Part shown: positions 29,035 through 38,248 of the stretch, in pieces
How the letters are laid out: each line of letters starts with the position of its first letter
Position numbering within the stretch: the first letter of the stretch is position 1
Origin: an uncultured Anaeromyxobacteraceae bacterium
GTDB lineage: Bacteria > Myxococcota_A > UBA9042 > DTJE01
Reading direction: 5' to 3'
Length of the DNA stretch: 64,000 bases
Assembly: GCA_964522105.1 (NCBI GenBank)
Contig: CAZFVA010000008.1
Coordinates: 20,225 to 84,224, forward strand
Made by a program: the position numbers and the translations under genes
Notes under the pieces: model-generated
What the model saw: only the letters and a program-made list of their open reading frames with translations
What the model was told of the DNA's origin: nothing
Databases searched by the model: none

Positions 29035-30474
29035 TTAATTAAAATCCCAGCCGTCATCTGCGGGCACCGGCGGTTTTGCCGGCGACCCGCCTTTGTCTTC
29101 TGCAGGCTGATCCACCGGCGATTCATCGGCACCATCTTCGTCTGCTTTTTCAGGACTGCTGACACCTTCCGCCTTGTCTTTTTCTGCTTTTTCAGCTGCA
29201 GAGCGCATCAAAGCCCCCTGCTGCTCAACGAAGTCAGCCATGCGGACGGCCTCGTCAATGTATTTATCAGCAGTTTCAGCGGTTCCCCCGCCGATCCTGA
29301 CCATAGTCTTGTACCGTTTCAAAAATTCAGCGCCGCGCCGGTAGTGATCCGCCTTGTCCATGCCATCAGCCGGGATATTTTCAATCTCGGCCACCCCCAT
29401 GTTGAAATAACATTCGGCACAAAGGGGGTTAATCTTGAGCGCTTTATCAAAAGCTTCAAAACCATTACCGAATTGCCTGTTCTTTCTGAAGGCGTTACCA
29501 AGATTCACAAACGCCTGCCAGCACACCGGATCAAGCTCAACTGCCAGGCTGAACTGCTCGACAGCGCCGTCAACGTCCCCGGCATTAAGGTAAAGAAGAC
29601 CGAGATTATTCCGCGCCCCGACAAGCCGCGGGTCAAGCTCCAGCGCTTTCGTAAACAATTCAATGGCACGACGGTTGTTGCCGTCGTTCATCTCGAGCTT
29701 TCCGAGGATGTCGTAAACATCGGCCTCTTCCTTGACCCTGATGGACTGAAGCAGGATAAATCTGGCCGCATCAACACGCCCCATCGCCAGATACGCCGAC
29801 GCCATGCTGACCATAATCTCGGTGTTGGACTCGTCCTTCTTCAGCAATTCGGTGTCAAGACGCAGAGCATCCATACCACGGCCGGCCATCATCATCGCAT
29901 CTGCAAGCGCCAGGCCCAGATTCAAACGACCTTTATTCTTCTCGTACAACGATTCCAGCAGAACGGCCGGTTCATTTTTTCTGCCCAGTTCCCTGCTGAT
30001 TTCAATATACAGACGCAGAATCGTCCTGCTGTTCGGCGCCAGAGTAACTGCCTGAGCTGCATTATCGACAGCCGCCAGGAGTGAACCCGATGCCCTCTGG
30101 GCCACGGCAAGGTTATAGTAGTCAACGGCAATGGCAGTCCCTGACGCGACAGCCACCTGAAGAATTTTCATCCCTTCGGTCATCCGAAGATTCTTGAACT
30201 GTGCGATAGCTTCGGTGGAAGCTGCGGACGAAGTCGGCACCGCATCAACGGGCTGCGCGGCGGAATCATCCGGCACCACTTCCACATCCTGAGCGGTCGA
30301 ATCCGCTGAAACTTCAGGCTGCGCAACTTCTGTAACTGACTGTTCCACAGGCGGTATTTCGATCGGAGACGGTGTTTCAACAGGCTGGACCGCGGCACAC
30401 CCGGCCACAACAATTGTGACCGCAGCAATCAGCGCGGACCTGAAATCACTTGTGAGGAAGAATCCCTTAATCAC
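29035..30474 (-). CDS. TPR-repeat lipoprotein (GltE/AglT-like, 479 aa)
   Basis: Lipobox VVAGC, an Ala/Pro/acidic linker, multiple TPR units (…AIELFTKALELDPRLVGARNNLGLLYLNAGDVDGAVEQF…), and an acidic C-terminal tail. Confidence 0.7.
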   Translation of the reverse strand: MIKGFFLTSDFRSALIAAVTIVVAGCAAVQPVETPSPIEIPPVEQSVTEVAQPEVSADSTAQDVEVVPDDSAAQPVDAVPTSSAASTEAIAQFKNLRMTEGMKILQVAVASGTAIAVDYYNLAVAQRASGSLLAAVDNAAQAVTLAPNSRTILRLYIEISRELGRKNEPAVLLESLYEKNKGRLNLGLALADAMMMAGRGMDALRLDTELLKKDESNTEIMVSMASAYLAMGRVDAARFILLQSIRVKEEADVYDILGKLEMNDGNNRRAIELFTKALELDPRLVGARNNLGLLYLNAGDVDGAVEQFSLAVELDPVCWQAFVNLGNAFRKNRQFGNGFEAFDKALKINPLCAECYFNMGVAEIENIPADGMDKADHYRRGAEFLKRYKTMVRIGGGTAETADKYIDEAVRMADFVEQQGALMRSAAEKAEKDKAEGVSSPEKADEDGADESPVDQPAEDKGGSPAKPPVPADDGWDFN

Positions 30475-33400
30475 AGAGCCTCCTCAAACGAAACGGCCCG
30501 CGTAACCCTGTCAACAGGAACAGAAATGTCAGCTTTCTGAAGCGGATATTCCTGCGGAAGGTACTTGTTCAAAGCTTCGATGGCTTTAACTGTCCAGACG
30601 TTGGCAATTTTCAGTTCGCGACCCTGTGTAATCAAAGTTGCGTACCGCTGCTGAGCCGTCTGAAGATAGATCTGGGCCTGATCCTCGATGGCCGTCTGAT
30701 AGATGTCCATTTCCTCTTCAGACATCTCGGGAATCTCGGCAGCAAACAAAGACTTGGCAAACAGTTCATGAATCTGAGCCAGTCTGAAATACGCCGCAGA
30801 TGTCCACTCAAGATTCTTGTACCTGATGACCTTCTTATAGGCCTCTTCAAGCTCGCCAAGAAGAACAGCCTTACCCTTCAGCAGGCGTCCCTGAACGGGC
30901 AGCGACCCCTGAAACTGAATCGCTTCGTACTTCTTGAATTCAGGTTCAATAAGCAGGAACACCATCTTTGCGGGCCAGGCGGCCACCGGTGTGTCCGGCT
31001 GAAGCGCCCGGGCATCAAATTCGGAGATGATCTGATTTGCAAGTGAAAGCCACTCACGCTTGTCGTTACGGGCCAGCGCCATATCGGACAGACTGGCAAG
31101 AACCTCGATTACAACGGCCGAATGGTCAGGCGACTTACTGAATTGTTTCAGGAACTGCCTGTAGATTGCAGACGCCTGTTTGTCATCTTTCAGTCTCTGG
31201 TAAAGCTTTGCAGCCCGCACCAGCGTTGCCCCCGCCGCCTTGTCAGACGGGAAAGCTGCAACAAACTTCACATAGGCGGAAGCAGCTTCGGCCAGTTTAC
31301 CCTGGGCCTCAAGCAGCGAGGCAGCCTGAAGTCTGGCATAAGAGACGTCCTTTGACGTCGGGAACCTTGATACAAGCGCTTCATATGAAACTACGGCCTG
31401 CTCGAAATCAAAGAACTTCCCTGCATTTTCGGCCAGTTGCATCAACGCGCCTTCAACAAATCCCGACTTTGGATAGTCAGACACAATCCGAAGATAGATT
31501 TTGGCAGCCGAATCGTAATGATGAACCTTTTCATACGCCAGGGCAGCGTTCTGCAGGGCCTTGTCGGACAAAGTCCCGGTCGGCTCGCTGTCAACAATCG
31601 CTATGAATGCTTCGGCCGCCTTGATGTATTCACCCTGATCAAAGGCCCTTTCAGCTTCCTTGAACTGGGCCCCCAGTTTGAAAAGCTTCACTTCCTTTGC
31701 CAGTGCCGTGCGATCTTCAGGCTTGCCGAGCTTCTGCTCGTCAATGCGTTTCGCCCAGACGGCAATGTTTTCCCAGTCGTTTTCAAGACGATACGAATTG
31801 ATGATATTTGCAGCTGCGTATGCCGCCACGACATCCTGCGGCCACGTCTCGATGATTTTCAGATAGCGCTGTCTGGCTTCATCCAGATTGTTGTACTTGT
31901 AGAACTCGGTCGCCACGCGGTAAGCCATACGACCTGGCAATTCAGGATCTGTCTGTGACTTTGTCTTCAAAGACACAAAGAAATCAGCATCTTCTACCCA
32001 CTGAAGCGTCAATTCAGGAATCGGAAGCGGAGTCACCTGCACTTTGCCTTCAATCTCGGGCATCGGAACGTCGGTCACGTCACCCGTCTCGCCGGGTACC
32101 GCAGACGCGGCCAACTTACCGTCCTTAACCTGTTTACCGGCTTCACGCTCTATTGAATCAATGACATTGAAGGCCGCTGATTCAAGATATTCCGTCTTTC
32201 CTACCCAGTCCCGGACCTTGCGGTACATAAGGGAAGCTGCGTCAAACTGGAACGAAAAGTAAAGGCAGTCGGCCAGCAGATATGCGTTTTCATAGGCGTA
32301 CTTGCTTTCCGGAAAACGCCTTAAATAGTCTTCATAAACATCAGCTGCTTTGCGGTACTCGGCAAGCGAAGCAACCAGGAATTTCTCGTCCCCGCTGACG
32401 CTGGCCTGGCCCTTCAGCTCCTGCGCGCGCTTATGATGGAACTGCGCGGCCTGATTCATTGCCAGTTCAAGGCGCTTGTCGACCCGCGCAAGAACTTCCG
32501 GGTGATCTTTGTTGTGTTCGTACCAGGCGCTTCCCGGACCATAATTTCTGGCCAGGGCCAGACGCTCGTTAATGGCAGACTCGGTATCCCGCAGCGTGTC
32601 GTAAACAGAAATAATCTTTTCCATGACGGCGGCGTTGCCGGGATTCATCGGATCGCGGGCAACTACCTGACGGTAAGCCTCGATCGCCATCGGGAACTTT
32701 CTGACTTCATATTCGTCATAAAGGGCATCGGCATAGCGTTCAAGGACTTCACGCTCGTACGGTTTTCCGTCCGAAAGATACTTCAAGGCCCTTGCCACGT
32801 CGGCATCAGGATCATCAATGCCATCGCCATCCCAGTCTTCATCAGCAAGGCTGAGCCCCAGATATTCAACAGCTTCTGACCGAATCGCAACAGCACGGGC
32901 GTCCGGTTTTTCCGCATTGTCGACATACTCGATCAACCGCTTGAACGTCCCGATGGCGACAGGGTAGTTGTAGTTCTGAAAATACGACCAGGCCAGTTTG
33001 TACAACAGAATCCCGAAGTATCCGGAATCCTTCGTGTCCAGAGCCTTCTCGTATGAAGCAATGGCCTGTGTGTAATCACCAAGATCAAAGTGATACTCAC
33101 CGACCAGAAGCCACGCCTCGGGAACCCATGAACTGGTCGGGTACTTCTTGATAAGCGCAAGGAATACCTTTTCGTAACCGTCCTTGCCGGCCATCCTTAA
33201 CGTATGACCGAACGCGTACATGGCGGTGTCAACTTCCGCAAAATCCGGAAAGTCATTGATAAGTCTTGAATAAGCGGCCAATGACTTTGAATAGTCACGA
33301 TCCGGTTCAAGCGGCTCGTCCGCAAGCTTTCCCCGGTAGTACAGGTCCAGCTTCTTTTCGTAATCAGGCACTGCCTTCAGGTAGTCTTCCTGAGACTTGT

Positions 33401-33815
33401 CAAAATACAGTTTTGCAATGCGGAAAAGCATCGCCGGGGTATATGTTTTGTGGTTCGGATACCTGTCAAGGAAACGCTCAAAAACACTGATTGCCAGGTC
33501 ACGGCTGTCCCTGACATCTTCTTCAACCGCCGCCGCTTCAAGACGATGGATGCGCTCTATTGCACCACGCCGCCGATCGATTTCCTTTTTCAGCGACGCC
33601 AGAATTTCTTCGCGATACTGCTGCGCCTGCTCGTCGTAACGACCGACAAGCTGCTCGAGTACCTGAATCTCGGACTCGGAGATAGACGTTTTCCCGACAG
33701 GCGCGGCCCCTTGTTCTGAAGGTACGGCTGACGCGGTGGACGACGACACCAGCAAGGTAAAGACCATCGCCGAAGAAATAGCGGACAACAATTTGTTTAC
33801 CGTTATCCCAATCAT
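30471..33815 (-). CDS. Large periplasmic TPR-repeat protein (GltD/AgmU-like, 1114 aa)
   Basis: Signal peptide, TPR-like repeats along the whole length, 4-nt overlap with the downstream TPR gene. Confidence 0.7.
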   Translation of the reverse strand: MIGITVNKLLSAISSAMVFTLLVSSSTASAVPSEQGAAPVGKTSISESEIQVLEQLVGRYDEQAQQYREEILASLKKEIDRRRGAIERIHRLEAAAVEEDVRDSRDLAISVFERFLDRYPNHKTYTPAMLFRIAKLYFDKSQEDYLKAVPDYEKKLDLYYRGKLADEPLEPDRDYSKSLAAYSRLINDFPDFAEVDTAMYAFGHTLRMAGKDGYEKVFLALIKKYPTSSWVPEAWLLVGEYHFDLGDYTQAIASYEKALDTKDSGYFGILLYKLAWSYFQNYNYPVAIGTFKRLIEYVDNAEKPDARAVAIRSEAVEYLGLSLADEDWDGDGIDDPDADVARALKYLSDGKPYEREVLERYADALYDEYEVRKFPMAIEAYRQVVARDPMNPGNAAVMEKIISVYDTLRDTESAINERLALARNYGPGSAWYEHNKDHPEVLARVDKRLELAMNQAAQFHHKRAQELKGQASVSGDEKFLVASLAEYRKAADVYEDYLRRFPESKYAYENAYLLADCLYFSFQFDAASLMYRKVRDWVGKTEYLESAAFNVIDSIEREAGKQVKDGKLAASAVPGETGDVTDVPMPEIEGKVQVTPLPIPELTLQWVEDADFFVSLKTKSQTDPELPGRMAYRVATEFYKYNNLDEARQRYLKIIETWPQDVVAAYAAANIINSYRLENDWENIAVWAKRIDEQKLGKPEDRTALAKEVKLFKLGAQFKEAERAFDQGEYIKAAEAFIAIVDSEPTGTLSDKALQNAALAYEKVHHYDSAAKIYLRIVSDYPKSGFVEGALMQLAENAGKFFDFEQAVVSYEALVSRFPTSKDVSYARLQAASLLEAQGKLAEAASAYVKFVAAFPSDKAAGATLVRAAKLYQRLKDDKQASAIYRQFLKQFSKSPDHSAVVIEVLASLSDMALARNDKREWLSLANQIISEFDARALQPDTPVAAWPAKMVFLLIEPEFKKYEAIQFQGSLPVQGRLLKGKAVLLGELEEAYKKVIRYKNLEWTSAAYFRLAQIHELFAKSLFAAEIPEMSEEEMDIYQTAIEDQAQIYLQTAQQRYATLITQGRELKIANVWTVKAIEALNKYLPQEYPLQKADISVPVDRVTRAVSFEEAL

Positions 33816-36226
33816 TCCGGCGACTCTCCCGCTTTCTTGCTGTCCCGCTGATTTTCCTTGTTGTACGCCTGCTCAAGGACTCCCAGCGATTTCATCTTGG
33901 CGGCCCGCTTTTCGTTTAGAACCTTCAACTTCTGACGCGCCCGCTGCTGTCTTTCCCACGCAACATCAACAACACCGAGATCTGCCTCAAGAAGGACGCC
34001 TGCAATACGCTGACGGACCGATTCAAAAAGCCTGTAGCCTTCGGTCTCGGAAAACCTCCTGGAATCCATCTCGACTCTCTGAACCTCGGCCACCATGCGC
34101 TCTAGCTCGGCTTTCTCGCCAAGAACACTCTTTTCCAGGGCAGCAGCACCTGAATCAACGACCTTAAGAAGCCTGCCAACGACTTTTCTGGTTGAATCGG
34201 CGGCTGAAACGGCCTTCCCGATTACCCGTGAAGCTTCAGACATGAACTTCCCGGCATCCTTGTCAACAGACGCGCCCTTTTCAGCAAGGACGCCGGCTTC
34301 AAAGACAAGGGCCTTCATCAGAAGTTCCCTGGCCATATCAGCGTTTTTCAAAGCCATCGGGGAATTTCTTACGGACGACGCCTTTGTCACGGCATTCTTC
34401 AATTTCGCGGCTTCCACGCCAAGATCAGAAAGGGCGTTTCTGACAGTTTCCATCTCGCTGCGAATCAACTTTTCCTTTTCCGCAGAGAGGGTTACATCCT
34501 GCCTGGCCTTCTGCTCACGAATCCACTCGTCGATTCCACGGATCTGCTGATACTCAATGTTCAAAACAGCGTCGATCATGAAAAGTTGCCTTTCCATAAC
34601 CTGCATGTCTTCCCCGACGGCCTTGTCACGGGCGAGGTATTCGCTTAATTTAATCGGCCCTTCCTGGAACTTCTTATAAGCCTGCTGCCGACTTTTGACT
34701 GCCGCCTGATACTGCGCCAGGGCTTCCCCGGTCAACGCGCGACTCACAATCGGCTCAAGCTCGACAGCAAGTCGCACTGCAGCCTCAAGAAGACTGCCTT
34801 CAGAACTCTTCAGATAAAGATATTTCTGCTTCAACACGGGGAATGTCTCGATTGCGCCGCCGGACTGAAGCGTATAAAGGAGCCTGCCGACAATCTCGAA
34901 TGACTGCCTGACGTCTTCCTTTTCCGTTTTCAAGTCCTTGAACAACACACCGACCGAATGCATTCCACCATCATTCTCGAGCCATTTTGTTGTCTTTTCA
35001 GATAACGGAACCCTGACCTTGAACGCTTCGTTATCGTTGACCGTCATGTAATCAAAGTATTCAGACAGACTGCTGCGACTTGCGGCAACAGTATCAAGTT
35101 CCTTCACAACCGGGGTCAGCACACTGGAAATATCGCGGTACGCACCCTCAGCCCCGTCAATGTCACCGAGCCGGGACATTATCCGGCCACGCAAGGCGGC
35201 GGCACGAAGAGACAGGTCACCAGGTTCAAGCCGCATGACCAGAATATTCAGCACGTACACAGCGTTCTTAAGATCGCCAACCTTCACGTGAACCCACGCC
35301 GAATCGTAAAGCGAATCAAAAAACGAAGAAGAAGACTGCTCAATCTGCTGAAGACTTAGAAGGGCTTCGTCATACCTGGCCTGAAGAAACAAAATTTTGG
35401 CCTGCGCAAGCAGAGCCCTGCCCCGGACATCTATCGTTGTCTGGTCTGTGCCCTGCGTGCGGGCAGCAGCGGCAAAGCCGGCCCAGGACTCATCAAGACG
35501 TCCCGCCTCGGCATCAATCACACCCATGAAATAGCGCGCCCGCCCAAAGTCCAGAGAACCATCGGCGATAGACGAAAATACTTTGTAGGCCTTGGAGTTA
35601 TTGCCCTGGTGGTACAGAAACTTTCCATAGCAATAAAGAACATTTGGTTCGGCAAGAAGACCTGAATCTATCTTGGCGGACCATTTTTCAGCCCCGGAAA
35701 AATCATTAATTGCGACAGATGATTCAAAAAGTCTGGCAACAGCGCGACCATAATCAGCACCGGCTGCAGGATTGGCGGCCAGCATGAAATAAACGCGGGC
35801 AGCAATCAGATTGCGACTTCTATAAAGACTCTCGCCAAGCCTGAAAGCCGTACCGAAATATTCGATCGAATTCTTGCGCGAAATCTTGTCGAGCGCGTCC
35901 TTATACAGTGTAGCGGCCCTTTCATAATCACCCGATTCAAAATACAGGTCGGCATCAAGCAGACGCCTCTCGACAGGAAAGTAATTCGTAACAGCGACAA
36001 GGCTTTCAATCTCGGCATCAGCCCGCTTTAACGCTGTCTCGACATTTCCGACGTCGGCCTCGACAGACGACACCACTTGAAAAAAGCGTTCAGCATCGCG
36101 GGCCTTAATCTTTTTTCCTGATGCATAAGAAAGGGTTACAGGTGACGAGGCGACACAGAAGGCAGCACAAAGAACGACCGGTCTAAAAAAACATGAGAAT
36201 GTTTTGTCGTTAAAGAACCCGGTCAT
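33812..36226 (-). CDS. Large secreted TPR/alpha-helical repeat protein
   Basis: Signal peptide (FRPVVLCAAFCVASSPVTLSYA), TPR-like repeats in the N-terminal half and a coiled-coil C-terminal half. The start was chosen at ATG 36226 to avoid overlapping the upstream gene. Confidence 0.6.
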   Translation of the reverse strand: MTGFFNDKTFSCFFRPVVLCAAFCVASSPVTLSYASGKKIKARDAERFFQVVSSVEADVGNVETALKRADAEIESLVAVTNYFPVERRLLDADLYFESGDYERAATLYKDALDKISRKNSIEYFGTAFRLGESLYRSRNLIAARVYFMLAANPAAGADYGRAVARLFESSVAINDFSGAEKWSAKIDSGLLAEPNVLYCYGKFLYHQGNNSKAYKVFSSIADGSLDFGRARYFMGVIDAEAGRLDESWAGFAAAARTQGTDQTTIDVRGRALLAQAKILFLQARYDEALLSLQQIEQSSSSFFDSLYDSAWVHVKVGDLKNAVYVLNILVMRLEPGDLSLRAAALRGRIMSRLGDIDGAEGAYRDISSVLTPVVKELDTVAASRSSLSEYFDYMTVNDNEAFKVRVPLSEKTTKWLENDGGMHSVGVLFKDLKTEKEDVRQSFEIVGRLLYTLQSGGAIETFPVLKQKYLYLKSSEGSLLEAAVRLAVELEPIVSRALTGEALAQYQAAVKSRQQAYKKFQEGPIKLSEYLARDKAVGEDMQVMERQLFMIDAVLNIEYQQIRGIDEWIREQKARQDVTLSAEKEKLIRSEMETVRNALSDLGVEAAKLKNAVTKASSVRNSPMALKNADMARELLMKALVFEAGVLAEKGASVDKDAGKFMSEASRVIGKAVSAADSTRKVVGRLLKVVDSGAAALEKSVLGEKAELERMVAEVQRVEMDSRRFSETEGYRLFESVRQRIAGVLLEADLGVVDVAWERQQRARQKLKVLNEKRAAKMKSLGVLEQAYNKENQRDSKKAGESPE

Positions 36227-36242
36227 GTCATCTTCACCGCGG

Positions 36243-36950
36243 TTATTCGACGCCTGCGGCTTCAGCGCTATCCTGACCACCAGACAGGTCACCGGACATC
36301 AGCCGTTTCTGCTTCAGACCAAAACGAACCGATGGACGGTCCTGAAGAGGGGCAGCAAGACCGCCCTTTTCGAAGGAAACCACACTGACCTGAGCTTCCA
36401 TTCCGGAATTGGCAAAGAATGTGAAAGACGATTTCACAATAAACGCATACCCGTCCACGTATGTGAACAGTCCGTTATTCGCCCGCATTTTGATTTCTAC
36501 GGAAAGCAGATGATTGCCAGTGGCCACGCTGCCGGTAAAAACCTCGAACGAATCTGCCGACGCCAGTTTTCCGTCACGATTGGTCCTGAAATAAACCTTT
36601 TCGCCATCCAGAAAATAAACAATTTCTTCGATATCCATCGACGAAGACATCGTGTTGCGATGGACTATCCGGGCCTTGGATTCAGAAATCAGGTTATGCA
36701 TAATCTGCTCGCGCAGAAGCAGAAGCCTGGTCTTTGAATCAAAGACACGACCTTTAAGTTCTTCAACCCGTTCCCGAAGCGCCCTCAACCGAACATCGAA
36801 TCCAGCACCCCCGGCATCACCGGCAGTTGAGGCAGTTGCGGCAGTTGCGGCCGTATCCGCAGGTGCAGTACCTGTGGAATCAGGCTGTTGCGCCAGTGCC
36901 AGGACAGGGCAGACAGTCAAAACACAATAAATGATTAACGCCCGGATCAT
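36243..36950 (-). CDS. Secreted hypothetical protein (coiled-coil + beta-rich C-terminus)
   Basis: MIRALIIYCVLTVCPVLALA signal peptide behind a GGAG RBS, an Ala/Thr-rich linker, a coiled-coil, and a beta-rich domain. Confidence 0.45.
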   Translation of the reverse strand: MIRALIIYCVLTVCPVLALAQQPDSTGTAPADTAATAATASTAGDAGGAGFDVRLRALRERVEELKGRVFDSKTRLLLLREQIMHNLISESKARIVHRNTMSSSMDIEEIVYFLDGEKVYFRTNRDGKLASADSFEVFTGSVATGNHLLSVEIKMRANNGLFTYVDGYAFIVKSSFTFFANSGMEAQVSVVSFEKGGLAAPLQDRPSVRFGLKQKRLMSGDLSGGQDSAEAAGVE

Positions 36951-37126
36951 CTGACGACTCCAGGTTTCTATTACCAAACCGTTGACGAACCCACCCTGAC
37001 AATCCGACCGGCACAGGCTAAAAGCACCCGCCATCTCTTGTCACCGAATTTTAAGCGAACTTACCCGGCAAGTCAAAAGCAGGCAGGCCGAAAGCACAAG
37101 ATTTACGGTATTAATTGCAGATTGGA

Positions 37127-38248
37127 CTAAACCTGGCCTTTATGAATTCCGGCATTCAGGGCAAGCCCGACCGCGACCATCGACGACAGCATCGATGATC
37201 CGCCATACGACATCAGGGGAAGAGTCAGGCCGACGACCGGGAAAAGCCCCAGAACCATTCCAATATTAAAGACTACCTGCCAGAAGATGGTCGCGACCGC
37301 ACCTACACTTACAAGAACCCCGAATCGTTCCCGGGCGCGAATCGCAACGACCAGAAGTGAAATGACAAGCACAAGATACACGACCAGCAACGCGACGCAC
37401 CCGATAAACCCGCGTTCCTCGGCAAAAGACGCGAAAATGTAATCATTGTGCATCTCGGGCAGATAGCGCAGACGCGATTGGACACCCTGACCACCGCCCT
37501 TCCCGGCGATACGCCCGCTTCCGACGGCCCAAAGCGCCTGTTCAGGCTGCATGCCTTTATCAAGATTGCGCTTTGCCGACGGTTCCTGCGTGCTCATCTT
37601 CATCCAGACCCGAACTCTGTCTTTTTGATATGGCCTGATAAGATTAAGGTTCCAGGCCAGAGGAATTACCAGCGCGGCTATCGCCAGCAACGAAAGAAAA
37701 GACCGAAAACGGATGCCTTCAAAAAACATCACCGAAAAGCCGATAGCTGCCACGACCATCGCAGTCCCGAGATCAGGCTGGGCAAGGATCAGAAGCATCG
37801 GAAGAAGAATAAATCCAAGTGGTTTCAGCAACATCCGCAACGTATAACGCTCGGGATTCTTTTCACTGTGAAAAAATCTGGCCAGCATCAGAACGACACC
37901 GACCTTGATGAACTCGGAAGGCTGGATACCGACCTGACCGATGTTGAACCATCGTCTGGAATTATTGATTTCCCTGCCGAAGATAAGCACAGCGACAAGC
38001 AGAATAATTACACTCCAGTAAAAAACCGGAGCGAGCTGCTGAAAAAACCGCATATCAATGACGGCCACGGCGATCGCGACCATGCAACTGATGACGACCC
38101 ACAGAACCTGCGTCTGATGAAACGTCTCGCCTGTATATGAAGCAGCGTTTGTAAGATTGACCAGGCCCATGACCAGAAGAACCATCAGCGCTGCACCGGC
38201 CACCCAGACGGCGCGACTGAATCTTTTTCTGTCCCGTGTCCTTATCAT
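37127..38248 (-). CDS. rodA: Peptidoglycan glycosyltransferase RodA (SEDS family)
   Basis: FtsW/RodA/SpoVE topology (PSEFIK...), positioned downstream of mrdA. Confidence 0.85.
   Translation of the reverse strand: MIRTRDRKRFSRAVWVAGAALMVLLVMGLVNLTNAASYTGETFHQTQVLWVVISCMVAIAVAVIDMRFFQQLAPVFYWSVIILLVAVLIFGREINNSRRWFNIGQVGIQPSEFIKVGVVLMLARFFHSEKNPERYTLRMLLKPLGFILLPMLLILAQPDLGTAMVVAAIGFSVMFFEGIRFRSFLSLLAIAALVIPLAWNLNLIRPYQKDRVRVWMKMSTQEPSAKRNLDKGMQPEQALWAVGSGRIAGKGGGQGVQSRLRYLPEMHNDYIFASFAEERGFIGCVALLVVYLVLVISLLVVAIRARERFGVLVSVGAVATIFWQVVFNIGMVLGLFPVVGLTLPLMSYGGSSMLSSMVAVGLALNAGIHKGQV

Noticed and set aside
29005-30084. 359-aa + strand ORF
   Set aside because: It is antisense to the 479-aa TPR lipoprotein gene, whereas the TPR reading frame has a lipobox, an RBS and repeat structure.
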